From assembly GCF_009914755.1 (NCBI RefSeq), contig NC_060935.1: a stretch of 64,000 bases of DNA. One strand, written 5' to 3'. The translations under genes and the position numbers were made by a program. The notes beneath the pieces were generated by a model. That model searched no databases and was not told where the DNA came from. It worked only from the letters and a program-made list of their open reading frames with translations. Of the stretch, positions 38,475-54,600 are shown one piece after another. The stretch's first letter is position 1. Each line of letters starts with the position of its first letter. This DNA comes from the human T2T-CHM13v2.0 reference genome, Homo sapiens.

Positions 38475-38940
38475 TGTGGCAGAGACTGCCAATTGTCTGC
38501 CAATATCCATTCCTTGTTCCTTCTACAAAACTAGAATCCCTGATTTTTAACTGAGACATATGGCTGCCTAAAATAAAGACTGTATTTTCCAGTTTTCCTT
38601 GTAGCTGGGCAGGACCATATGAACATGTTATGGCCAATGGCATGTTAGTGGAGATGGTCCATGCAAGTGAGTGTACCCTTCTTTTTCCTTCCTTCTGCTA
38701 CCTAGAATGAAAACAATGGCTAGTCCTGGATTGGTCATCTTTAACTTTGATGAGATGCTGAAAATGAAAGCCAGGACTGAGGGAAGATTGAAGGAGTCTG
38801 AACCTCTGACAACATGGAGTACCATACCAACCCTGGACTATCTACCTCCAGACTTTTACATGAGTAAGAAACACCTAGTTTGTTCAAAACAGTATTAATT
38901 TGGATCTTTGTTACTTGCAGTTAAACCTAATCCTGAAATA
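38475..38940 (+). mobile_element. MLT1 (J-like) LTR
   Basis: tgtggcagagactg start; ctggactatctacctccagact...ttgttacttgcag end. Confidence 0.65.
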
Positions 38941-39217
38941 CCTGACATTCTCTTGAAGTAAATTGCTTTCAAAAACCTAAAATACATGGTATTTACTTAG
39001 AGCAAAGAAATAAGGATAACACTAGAATGGCTTAAAATATAAATTTAACTCAGAGTCTAGTAATTTGGGACTTTGGGCCTTGCAGGGTTGAAGAATTCAA
39101 CTGTTTGTGTATCCCAAACTGAAACTATAAAAAGTAGCACTCTACAGTGATTGCTACAGAAGATGAGACTGTGGTTCTAAGCTTTTTAACAACACTTTTC
39201 TTTAAGAATTCTTCCCT

Positions 39218-39522
<305 letters not shown>

Positions 39523-41013
39523 CTAGCCTAGCTGTCAAAGATCAGATTAAGGTTGCTGTTTTTCAACCCAAGCTTATTGTGTTAGGTGACCTCAAAGGAA
39601 TCATCTTTATGTTGAAGCACAGAGTCAGGGAATAAAAAACCAGTACTCAGGCTTAAAAATAATGTCTAGACGTGATCTTTGGCTGTGAACATGGGATTAG
39701 CTATAGACTGGAAGTCTACTAATTTAGGGGAAGAGGAAGGAGCAGTGTTAAATTACTGAAGAAACCACAAAGCTGGCCGAAAAACATGACTGACCTGTAT
39801 TCAAATCTCATGCCCACATTTGTATCAGCAGGAAGCAGGCTGCAGATCTGTTCAGCACTCCAGAACAGCAAATTCTCCATTGACCACATCAGATGTGGTC
39901 AGGAAGTACAATGTACAAGGAAGACCCTTTCCAAAAGGCAGAATTAGGAGTACTCTGATGAACTAATCAAGGAAATTGCTCCATTGCTAGAGAAAGGAAC
40001 TTTTACAATTCCTACCTAGCCTAGCAGAATTGATAACCACTATAAACCAGTGACTCTTGTGTTAATCCTATTCTCCTCCTTTCCAAATATACATCCATTC
40101 TGTTAGGTGTGATGTGGCAAATGCATTAACTTTTAGTTTATAGGTTACTAGACCACCTGGACTTAATGAAAAGGACAGTGCATTAACCCAACAGCCTAGA
40201 TTCTGAGCCATATTCAAATGGATCATATTTGGGGGTTCACATACATAATTAAAAGCTAGAACAGGCATGTATGATCAAGAATAGGTGGTTATGTTCTATC
40301 TACAGGAAGAAGGGCGTACCAAAGATATTTTGGTGGCTAAAAGGTTGGATTGTGGAGTAAACTGTTAGATGTTCACTAGAATCTCTTCCCTTTTACAGTG
40401 TCTAGCTGAAGCCTTTTTTCCATCTACATGTTGCCACTTGACCACATGACTAAATTCTGGTCAGCAGAATGTAAGCAGAAGTGGCATATGTGATTTCTGG
40501 GAACTGTCACCAAAGAAGGGGGTATGGGGCATAATTTTCAGCCTTCTTTTCTTCCTTCCTGATATCTGGAATGTGATCATGGCTTAAAGCTGGAATAGCC
40601 ATGAATGCACCATCTGTGACTTTGGGAATGGAAGCTTCTCACAGCACAGCAACAAAATAGAAGATCTTAGAGCATTATACTAGCCCTCCAGACTTTTATA
40701 TGAGTAAGAAATAAGCCTTTTTTTCTTACCCGTCCTCAATGTAAACTTTACATTGTAAGTAAGAAATAAACTTTTATATGAGTAAGAAATAAACCTCTTT
40801 TTCTTACCCATCCTCAATGTAAACTTTTCTTAACATCTTGTACATGCTATTTATTTCCAGTCTCTAGACCTTTGCTCACACTGCTCCTACACTGTTGATG
40901 ATTTAGAAACTAGAAGCCAACTTGGTATAATGAAATAGACTTCTTTTTTCCATTTCCCAAAGTTCATGTTTAAGTCAGTTGGTTGCCTGAAATTAAGAAT
41001 GAATTTTCCTATG

Positions 41014-41311
41014 TGCTATGGTTGGAATGTTTGTGGCCACCCTCCACCCCCTGCCAAATTTCTAAGTTGAAACTTAATCCCCAATGTGATGTTATTATGA
41101 GGCAGAGCCTTTAGGGAGGCAATTAAGTCATAAGGGTGGACTCTTTTTACAACGCAAGGGCACATTATCAATAAGGAAGCAGGCACTCACCAGACACTGC
41201 TGGTGCCTTGATCTTAGACATCCTAGCTTCCAGAACTGTGAGGAATAAATTTCTATTGTTTGTATACGATTCAGCCTAAGGTATTTTGTTATGGCAGCCC
41301 AGAATAAGATA
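41014..41311 (+). mobile_element. MLT1A/MST-like LTR (internally deleted)
   Basis: tgctatgg start, ccagaactgtgag..aataaatttct..gttatggcagc end; perfect 5-bp TSD CTATG. Confidence 0.75.
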
Positions 41312-43216
41312 CTATGGAAACAAATGTATACATTGATCAGTTTCCTTGCCTCATTCAATATATGCTAGTAATACCTGAATTAACTCTCCAATAATATTAT
41401 AGTTAAAAAAAATTTTATGAGAGCTGAGACTAGTCTGTCCTGTTCACTTTGCATTCATAGTGCTTAATTCAGTGTCTAGGACATAGTAGGTATGCAATAA
41501 ATATTTATAAAAGAAATATGGGAAATTGTACTTCAGATGCCAAGAACACATTTGTTCACAGCAGCAACATTGTAATCACAGAAGAAAGGATTCCTTACAG
41601 GACTAAAGTAGATAGTTTTGACAAATTTTCAATGTTAATTCTTTCTATCTAAACTAGCCAAATAATTTATCATCCAAACTGGGCCTGTCTCAGGCAAATC
41701 AAGTGTCTAGACTGCACCTATCTATATTTAAATAGCCTCCTTTTTAAATGAAAAGGTACTATCCTATGTCTCTGTGGTTGCATATGTACCCATGGGACTC
41801 ACCAAAGATTTACTCTTTGATGCTTTTTAAAGAAGGCATCAAAAAGTCTCTGTTTTTATCTTGATGAAAATAATGTTTTACTCTTCAAGGAAGAACAAAA
41901 AGCATTTCCTCCTCACTAGCTCCACTCCCAGTGGTAAGTGGGATTTCCTAATTCAGAGGTCTGGTTTCCTTTACCCAGGGATGATACACGGGGCCTTTTT
42001 GCATTTTTAAAATCTGTGCCTAAAAGGCCTTTAAGTTAAATTGCTGGATTTCCCAGGATATAAAAAAAATTAGCAAGAATTGGTCTGCAGCAGACAAATC
42101 TACCCCACACTATTCTGGGGCAGTGAGACCTTGGAAGAAAATGACTGTGTGGAGTGTATGTGGTTCTGAGAGAGAGGAGGAGAGGAGCAGGAGGGAGGGA
42201 GGAAAGGAGAAGGAGAGGTGGATTTAAAAGGCTAGGTAACTGTAGCTGTGATCTGGGGGAACCAGTGATGGGTACTGTAATTGAGCACAATACTGAAGGA
42301 ATTGTGTTAGCCACTGTGATGGTTAATTTTATGGGTCAACTTGGCAGGGCCATGGTGACCAGCTATTTGATCAACCATTGTTCTGGGTGTTTTCTGTGAA
42401 GGTGTTTTTTTGGATGAGATTAACATTTAAATGTGTAGACTCTGAGTAAAGCAGTTTACCCTCCATAATGTGATGTGGGTCTCATCCAATCAGTTTAAAG
42501 CTTTTATAGAAAAAAGACTGACTTCCCCTGGGTAAGAAGGAATTCTTCCAGCAGGTTGTCTTTGGACTTGAATTGCACCCCTTCTCTAAGTCTCTAGCCT
42601 GCCAGCCTACCCATCAGATATTGGACTCACATAGCCTCTGCACTCACGGGAGCCAATTCTTAAAAATCAATTAATCTTCCTCTCTCTCTCTCTTCATATA
42701 TATATGTATTGATTACAGAATGAGTAGATAGAGAAGGGAAGGAGAAAACAAGGCGGAAGAGAAATTGGTGGAGGGTGAGAGAATGAATTTGGTTTTGGAT
42801 CCATGGAACTTGAGGTATCTGGCAAGCAGTTAAGGACACCACTGGTTGACTGATGAGTAAGAGATGTCCAACATGAAAGCCTCCCGTGAACCTGCTGGAG
42901 TTTGGTGGACTTTGCCTTTCCACATCTTGGAGAGCTACTAGGGAGGAGTTTTTCTGCAGGTGACTCTGGCTTCCAGAAGGGGGCAGCAAAAAGGATGGTT
43001 CAGAAGAAAGAACTTGGCTAAGTATGTGCATTTCAAGACAAAGTTCTCCAGAAACTTCTTTCACAGGTAGGGAATTCAACAACAGTGCCCACTGCAGTGA
43101 AGCATTGTATTGGTCCCAGAAGAAAGTGATGACAGAATAACATTGAGACCAATTCACCCTGCGAGTAGAATCTCTGAGTTATGTTTGGTTTGGTTAAGAA
43201 TGGAAATTCCAGTTTT

Positions 43217-43217
<1 letters not shown>

Positions 43218-43268
<51 letters not shown>
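43218..43268. repeat. (GATA)n tetranucleotide microsatellite
   Basis: Seen directly; about 12-13 units. Confidence 0.95.
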
Positions 43269-43269
<1 letters not shown>

Positions 43270-43639
43270 CATGCGTTGCTTAACAACGGGGATACGTTCT
43301 GAGAAACCCACCATTAGGTGATTTCACTGGGCAAATATCATACAGTATACTTACACAAACCTAGATGGCATACTATACACCTAGCCTCTATAGTATAGCT
43401 GATTGGTCCTAGGCTACAAACCTGTACAGCATGTAACTGTGTAGAACACCGTAGGCAATTTTAACACTATAGTAAGTATTTGTGTATCTAAACATAGAAA
43501 AAGTAATACACTGCACTACAACATTACAACAGCTATGTCACTAGGTGATAGGCATTTTTCAGCTCCATTATAATCTCATGGGAGTACCGTTGTAAATGTA
43601 GTCCATCCTTAAGCAAAACACTCTTATGCAATGCATGAC

Positions 43640-43641
<2 letters not shown>
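43268..43641 (+). mobile_element. Tigger3-like (TcMar-Tigger) DNA transposon
   Basis: catgcgttgcttaacaacggggatacgttctgagaaa start; ttatgcaatgcatgact end. Confidence 0.8.

Positions 43642-43643
<2 letters not shown>

Positions 43644-43681
<38 letters not shown>
43644..43681. repeat. (CA)n microsatellite
   Basis: Seen directly. Confidence 0.95.
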
Positions 43682-43682
<1 letters not shown>

Positions 43683-44818
43683 TTTTTTTGGTCTGTTTCT
43701 CTGTAGAACCCTGACTAATATACCCTCTTTCAAAGACCATGTTGCCTTGCAAGGCTGAGGTGGAACTGGTGCCAGAAAAACTTTCCTGAAGCAAGGACCA
43801 ATAGCGCCTGTCAGGTGATGGATGCCAATGAGATCAGTAATGGTGATGTGGGTCAGCAAGAAGCTATGGCAATGGCAGCACCACCAATAGTACCAGCAGC
43901 ACCAACAGACAAACTAACTGACATTAAGGGTCATTCTCATTAGGGAGGGGACAGCTGGAGAACTTTCCTTTTGAACGACAGTTAACACCTAAGGTTCACA
44001 GATAATCTACAGGAGATGGGAAGCTCAAAGATTATGAGACTACACTTGCTGCTAACTAAGCATATGGAAAAATAAAAGCAATATAACTAACTTACACGCA
44101 CAAACATTATGGAGGAATTCATACCTATTGACATAAGAGAATGATCACGTGTTTCTCTTGCACTTTCTAACTATGTGGCCTTAAGTATCATGAATTTTTT
44201 CAGCCTCAGTCTTCTTTTGTGCAAAACAGGGTAACTACATGGTTATGAGCATTAAATGAAATGGTGAACTTGGAAGCATTTGGCACAGGGCTTGGCACAT
44301 GGTAAACATTCAATAAATGTCCTAATCTGCATCAAATAAGAAAAAGATCTGTTTATACATAGTTTAATAAGAGAGGGTGCTTTTGTCCACCCAGCACTCC
44401 TCTGTTGGCCCTCTCTCTCCTCCTCCCTTAAATATTTCATGATAGGAGGGGTGAGGCTCTCTTCTAAAGCATCTTTAACAACCATTGTCTTTTGAAATCT
44501 TTCATAGGTTGAGTCTGAATTGGGAAATGCTTATAAGCAAAAATCCAGCTGTGCATAGCAAGGCAAAAGTATATGATTAAAGAGTAAAACCACTTGCAGA
44601 AAAAAATCCACTGACTGTCCTGGTGTGTTTATGATATAATCCAATTATTAAAAAAATGAAATTTGAATATAACTATTCAAAAATAACCTGAAGAAAACAG
44701 AAATAGTTTTATTTTTTACTTATGCACAATTATAATCCTAACTTTCAGTGAAAGAGGTAATTATTTTAGTGGTAGGTATACCTTTTTGTTTTTTTCCCAT
44801 AAAGTAGTTCAGGAGTCA

Positions 44819-45455
<637 letters not shown>

Positions 45456-45471
45456 TAAAAAAATAAAATAA

Positions 45472-45835
<364 letters not shown>

Positions 45836-46264
45836 TCATTACCATTATTAAATGAAATATTTCTTCTGTAATGTATCTATAAACAGTGTCATCCTCACTA
45901 GAAGTAGAACATATTCACAGGCTAAGTAGAATATGCAAAATACAAGACTGTAACAGGGTTTCAGATAACACCCCTGCACATTGACAATTAAATGAGAACT
46001 AATCGTTCATTAGAAATTAAAGAAATAAAAATGTGTTAATTTTAATTTGACTGACACTAAATACTATGGTACTCTAAAGAATACGGATAAAGGCATTGAC
46101 TTATGTTTTATTAACACATGCATAGTTTATTCACTGACACACAGAAAAACCACAATCTTCCTTTACTTCCTATTTCTTAACAATTTCAGATCACTATGTG
46201 CTCCCCTCTGATACCCCCACCTAGGGTACCATTCCATCCTTTTTTACAAAAGACATTCCTGTCC

Positions 46265-46450
46265 TTAGTGGTTGAGTCTGGACTCTGGAGCCACAGTGAC
46301 TGGGTTTGCCTCCCTGCTGCCCACTTACAAGCTGTGTCACTTTGGACAAGTTACGTAACATCTTTGTGCTTCAGTTTCTTCATCTGCAAAATGGGGATAA
46401 AAATAGTAACCACTTCATAAAGTTGATGTGTTTGGCACATAGTAGGCACC
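46265..46450 (+). mobile_element. MIR SINE
   Basis: agctgtgtcactttggacaagttac...cagtttcttcatctgcaaaatgggga core. Confidence 0.75.
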
Positions 46451-47169
46451 ATGTGTCAGCTACTGGAGAACAGAGTCCTGGTGGTCCACAAGTTGAACAC
46501 TAACTACCAATAACAGTTCATGTAGATTTTCCAAAGGGCATGCAAGTGCGGATAGTTGTAAGAAAACCAATTTCTAGATTCTTGCCTTCTATATATAGGC
46601 ACTTTAAAAGAATACATCTGCCTAAGAAGCTGGCACTTTAAAAAAATACATCTGCATAAGAAGCTGCCTGTCCTAACTAGAGTTTAATCTTGGACAGTCT
46701 CTATTTCTCATTTTACAAAAGAAAAGCATTTCCTTTTGGCCTATTCCAAGGTTTCAAACCAAGGAACAACTCCACAATTCCTTTAATCAAGAAATTATGC
46801 ATGCTCTCCCCAACCTATATTATCAACATATTTTTTCATAAATTTTCTTATGTTTGATAAATATCAGAAATGGTAATATATCCATGCTGTTTTGAATAAT
46901 TGCATGCTACCAATAATTATAATGAAAACCCAATCCTGATGAAATTTTTCTACACTTATAACCTTATGGTCAAAGGCCATTTTTAAAAAAAAACCTTATT
47001 ATAGTATGTGGTTATTGCAGATAACAACATGTTATGTAAGACAGAGTAGCCTATAAAAAACTTTCAATTATAAATGATAAAATTCTATGAAAAAATGGAA
47101 TAAACGTAAGTTTAAGGAAAAACTTTGTTGAAGAAGAGCTTGTTAATGTTTTTAACGTTTTAAAATCTC

Positions 47170-48720
<1,551 letters not shown>

Positions 48721-51550
48721 ACAAATCATATGGAATTCAGATTCTATTAGATATATTTTAAATAGTTTTATTTTTTAAATGTCAACATTCATAGCATATC
48801 AGAAATCACATATTTTCCAACTATTTAAGCTTATAACAAGAAATGTTAAGTGTCAACTTAAAATGTACAGGAGAGTATATGCTTTTCAAAATTGTATTAG
48901 AGAGTACATGAGCAAAAATATTTGAAGTTCTTGTTCTAGACAATAACTACCTCCAGCCTCAGCAGTAAGGAGAGAATTCAAGTGGGACAGAGCTGACAAA
49001 CAACCTCCTTATCTTCTTCCCCAGGTAAATTGGGACTTGCTTAGCTCTCCTGCATTTCCCTAGAGGAAGGGTGAGAAACAGGTTCTCATAATTCCTTCAC
49101 AGTGAACTAGGTGCTTAAGACTGCCATAGAATCACCATAATTTAACACTCCTTTCGTAGCTTGGTCTAGGTCCCTAAACCAGATAGTGATGATCAATGCA
49201 TTAGTTCAAAATCCCAAATTGTGAGGGAGAGTTAGTAAAGTTCAAAGTAGAGCATACTGTCAAGTAGAAAATTACCTTGATGTAATGGTAGCCACCAAGT
49301 ACATTACCAGGCACACTAAATCTGAGGGCTCACAGACCAAATTAACATGTTCATTTCATACAACTTACTAAATAAATGGAAAACAAAAAGCAAGGGGAAA
49401 GCAATGAAATAGGTTGACACTCTTATAATAGGATGTGAGTGGCAGGACCACCCTATATGTATCCTGCGTTACATGCTAGTCACATGCTCTGTTTTCTCTG
49501 TGCCACATCAGCCTTCCCCATAATAATGTGTTGTAAGAACCAGAGTTCAGATTTGAGTCAGGTGGCCAAGATAGAAGGTGCCAGGGGTCAAAGGCACATA
49601 CTTGATAATGAGAGAGACAAAGGGGCAGTTATACCTGAATAAAGAGGTACCTTGCCAATTAATGGTGAAGAACTATGGGTTTTATTTGCATTTCTTGGGC
49701 ATAGTACCATGGGCCAATATAGGACCTTACTGGAGGTCATAAGTAGGTGGCATGGCACAGCTGTCAGCCCAGAAGTGACAAGATCATAAATTGTTTTTCC
49801 TTTCTATCAAATAAATACACACTTGTCTATTCCTTCATAACCCATTTATTTTGTCTTGGCAAGTTTTACATGTTAGTAACTTGCTTACTATGTATATTTA
49901 GTACATATTCTAAATTCTGCTTTTCTTTCTCAAACTACTTGCTTACTCTTATCTATATTAATACATGCTAGGAGTTTCACCTGTATCTCATAACATACTT
50001 GCTGACTTCCTATCTATCATCAAAATTTCTTACAAATTTCATCATCTCATTTGTTTTCTTCTATAGTAGAATTGAATATTCGAACTCACATTTTCTAGTG
50101 GGATGGAGATGACACAGCAGAGAAAAGCATGCATGTGGAAGAAAGACACAAGTGAAGAAAAGAAATCTGGAATTACCATCATCTTCAAAGATTTCAGGTC
50201 TCTTTCTCTAGCTTCCAAGACAGAAAACAGTCAGATATTACCTCTCAAAGGCCAGTCCTAATGTACACTGGAAACACTTAGGTAGAGTTTTAGGCCATAT
50301 TCCACTAAACAAGAGGTTGTATCTGTCCCTTGAAAACTGCTGCAGCATTCCAGCAGCAAATACCTTATTTTCTGCCACTCAACATGCCCTCACCTATTTA
50401 ATTGCCAGTTACCTCCACCAATGCTGAAACGGCATCCCCATACCACAGTGGAAGCCATTATACACTGTGGTAGGAACTTCAGGTGTGTTAAAATATTGTC
50501 AAAGTAGATAATGACTGTTGGTTCAGGAGATATAAGTTGCTGCCACACTCAACCTCACTAGGAGACATGGAGATCTCATTTGCAAAGCCCCATCTCCAAT
50601 AGAGCTAGTCCAGAAGGCTAACCATTCAATTCAATTAAGAAAGACACTTGATTTCTTCATTAAATCTACCTTCCTGGTGTTGTGTAAATATGTAAATCAC
50701 ATATATACACCTGCATTGCCAAATTATTCTTTTTAAAATTAATTTTACAACAACTAAAATATAGTTTACTGTGGAATAGTCTACTCTTCTACAATGCAAT
50801 AGTTATATCCCTGAGTAAACTTGCATTATCAAAATTCATTTTATAAAAATAATAGCTTATTTTTTTTTAAAGTGGGGAGGTTAAGAACTACAGTTCCAGA
50901 CTCAAATAAGTTATGTTTCCTGTTGGAATTTCAGTGACAAATGTTTTTGCTTGTTTAATAGCTATAATTGTACAACTAGACAAACTAATATCCTACGGTA
51001 AATCTAGCTATCTAGCTGTTGCCTTATTCTATGCTACCAGACTGTGTTAAGCAAACCAGTTCTTGCATATTCTTATCACTTTATTATCCTGTCATCTATT
51101 GTTATGATGAACAAATCAATTTTATGTAAACATAAACAAGGTACCTTTGTGGCCCTCCAAATGTGTTTTCCCTAAAACCACTTTGCGAATTCCTGACCCC
51201 ATCATCTATCCATTCAATCAACAAATTGTTGAGTACCAACTATTTCCAGACTTTGAAAACAAGACAATGAATTCAATGTTGACAAGATAATATTGTTCCT
51301 CCAACTGGTTGAATTTTCATTATAATGAATGTAAACACAATTTTAATTAACTTGTCTTATTAAAGACAATTTAAATGATTATAACTGAAGTTATTACAGA
51401 AATGCTCATATTAAGATTTTACAAAATATATTTAAAAATCTATTCTTGGAATTAGTAATCATTGTAATTTTTTTGTTTTTAGTCTTTATGATTTTACAGA
51501 TTTTTTTAAAACAAAGGTGTGGCCATATTAAATATACAGTTCATATACAT

Positions 51551-51686
51551 GGCTGTTTGTGGTGGCTCACACGTGTACCCCCAGCTACCTTGGGAGGCTG
51601 AGGCAGGAGGATTGCTGGAGCCCAGGAGTTCAAGTCCATACTGGACAACATAGCAAGACCCAGCCTCCAAAAAAATAAAATAAAAT
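51551..51686 (+). mobile_element. FLAM Alu monomer
   Basis: Single left-arm-like monomer with A tail. Confidence 0.8.
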
Positions 51687-54600
51687 ACATACAGCTGGGT
51701 TCACTGAATGAGCGTATGTTACTAAATATTTACTATGTTACTAAATATTTGTTGAGAACATGATTTTTTATTACCTGTTTAATATCCTAGTTAGTGGCTC
51801 CAAATGCTTCTTATTGTGATTAAAGCTGTGATTCTTGTATATATACCTTTGACCACACCACTGAATAGTTCTTTAAGTCTAGAAGCTAAATCCCTGGATC
51901 AAAATATATGCACATTTTTAAGGCTGTTGTGTATCTCCAAAATGAATTACTTTTTGGAAATAAATCAACTTCTAAAATTATCAGAAGTATTATATGAAAG
52001 CCCATCTAACAGTACCCATTAGTGGAGCAAAATATTATCTCTTAACTTTGCCAGTTTTAGAAAAATGTTATAACTGGTAGTGAACATTTAATTTTTACAA
52101 TTTTAATTATTCAATTTTTAAAAATTATATCAATACTCAAGGAGGAATATCAAGGGATCATCAGGGAGATTTTATAAATTATAAATTATTTTAGTTCTAC
52201 TTAGGAAAACATTTAATTAAAAGAAGAAATTCCTAAAATATAGAATATGTATGTTAAGCTCCTAGATATTTTAAAGATAACTAAGTTCAAAATATCTAAT
52301 TAGCTCAGTGTCCCCTTTCTCATATACTTATGAGAACATATCCAATTATCTTGAAAAAGGTAATTAAAATTACTATTAATAATCCTGATACTAAGACATG
52401 TTATAATTCATTTGATAATTACATTTCCCACAAAGATACTGTCAACATAAACTGTGAAACTGTAGATCCATCCTGTTTACAAGTATCAGAAACAATATGC
52501 TCATTGTTCTGTTGTACTTAAATGCTGCATTGCAGCTTGTCTTAACAGGTAATATGTGACATGAAACATGTCTGATTTTATGCTTCATAATTTCCATTCT
52601 GTTGTTTAACACTCAAAAAATTATATTTATGTATCACATACGTCAGAAAATGATTTAAATAATTTAACTAAGTAATAGCAACCATACCTTTCATTTCAAA
52701 TACAAAATAGAAATCTTTTGTTGCTAGATGTTAAAAATCACCTTTAATCAGAAATGCAAATATTTACATTTTTTAATTTATGTAGCTAACATTAAATATT
52801 TGATTGAATTGTTTATGTTTTATATTTTCAGAAATTTATTATGAATCAAAATATTAAGTCATAAAAACAGGAGACATCAAAAAACTACATTTCAAGATTG
52901 ACTTATGAATTTTAAAAATTCATTATTTCTGTTCACTATTCTGATTTTTTATAACAAGGAAAAGAAAGAAGAATAAATGTAATTATTTTGATTTTAAAAA
53001 CACTACAGGAAAAGGTACTAATTTAAGCCAGGCTGAAGTTTACATTATTTATTGGTATTTTTCTTCAAAAATATGCATTAGAATAAATATTTTTCTAAAT
53101 ACTAAAGTAAATAGAATGCATGGCTCTGGCATATTTATTTCTTTGAAAAGGTGTTCTGAATTTTAGACAACATAAATACTAGGCACTGTGGTGGTTGCCA
53201 TAGTAACAAATAGAAGCATAAAAATACATGCAATTTTTCAAATGTATCCACTTTTTTCATAAATGTGCATATGTTATAGGTAAAAGATTATTGAACTCTT
53301 GCTTTAGCTCCCCTTTTAGCAGGAGATACATGTAATTCTTTAGAAATAGAAGATTATCATGTAGCAATGGAGCAGGCTCAGAAAAGTTTTTAAATATTAT
53401 GTGGGAAATCTTAAGTTCTTTTAATGTAAATTTTCCAAATTGAAGGCAGGAAAAAAACTTCTTTCACTCTATCTTACTTTAATGGACAGTGTTCTTTAGG
53501 TAAGGGTAAAAAGCACATAAACTTCTTTTCCTCCCAAGCATGAAATTTCATTTTATTTTGCATAAGTTTAATATTCACATGCATAAATGCAGCACATGAC
53601 CTTGGAAAGCTGAAAGCCCTTTTGATCCCAAAGAACCAGAAGTTGTTTAATGCTAATCCAGGAACTACTACTTGAGTAAACGATCTTTTCTTTCTCCACT
53701 CCCCTAATTTAAATATAATCTTCCTATTTACAGGTATCCAAGTGACTGAATTTTACACTTACAGTTTAAAGGGCTGCAGAGGGAAGCAATTCCACAAGCC
53801 ATTATGTGAAGCTTGAAATCTACTGAAAGGTACTGGTAAGCTAAGCAAAACAACAGAAAAGTTGCTCAACTATTATTGAGAAACATATCCTTCAAACCTG
53901 ATTACAAAAATCTGGACCTCCAATTTGCTTCAACAAAAATTATGTAATATTCTCCTGGGGTGAAATTTAAAACTTTGTAAAGATCACCATCTAGGCAGAG
54001 TGACAAACGTAAGGTAACAAAACAGTGCTCTAGGGCTTACCTTGTGCTCACTCCATAAAGAAACCATGTGCTGTCATGGGTAAGGATTGACTAGTCTACC
54101 AGAGGAAAAACAATGAGAAACATCCTTATCGTGTATATGCACGATCCTATTTACTTTTATTAAAGAGAAATCGTTTATTTATTTAAATAATGATATACAA
54201 GAATAATTAGCATTATGTTTTTACTAAACAAGTTCAAACATAATTGAATTCAGCATAATAAAAACATGATAGAAAAAGGCACTGCCCTCAGTGAGCTCAC
54301 AGTTTGATACTTAGCAACGTAAGAGCTTTCGACTATTGTATTAAACTTTCAACACAACAACTTCATAATTCGAGTAGTCAAGGCATTCCATATATTAAGG
54401 AAGTATGACTTAATTTCCTATCTACAATGTACAACTCAATCTCAAAACAAAGATAACAGCTTTTGAGTTAACTTGAAAGTTCACTTAATAATAACATGAC
54501 GAGCTCAATAAGTCCTTGGAGAAATATTACATCCACCTAAATTCATATAATTACATTCTGCTACCTTTAGTATTCTAAAACAAATACTCAGAATCTGAGA

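Larger units (their letters stand above)
42315..43722 (+). mobile_element. MLT2 LTR split in two (about 42315-42710 and 43640-43722) by inserted sequence
   Basis: tgtgatggttaattttatg start; tctgtttctctgtagaaccctgactaata end about 1 kb later. Confidence 0.7.
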
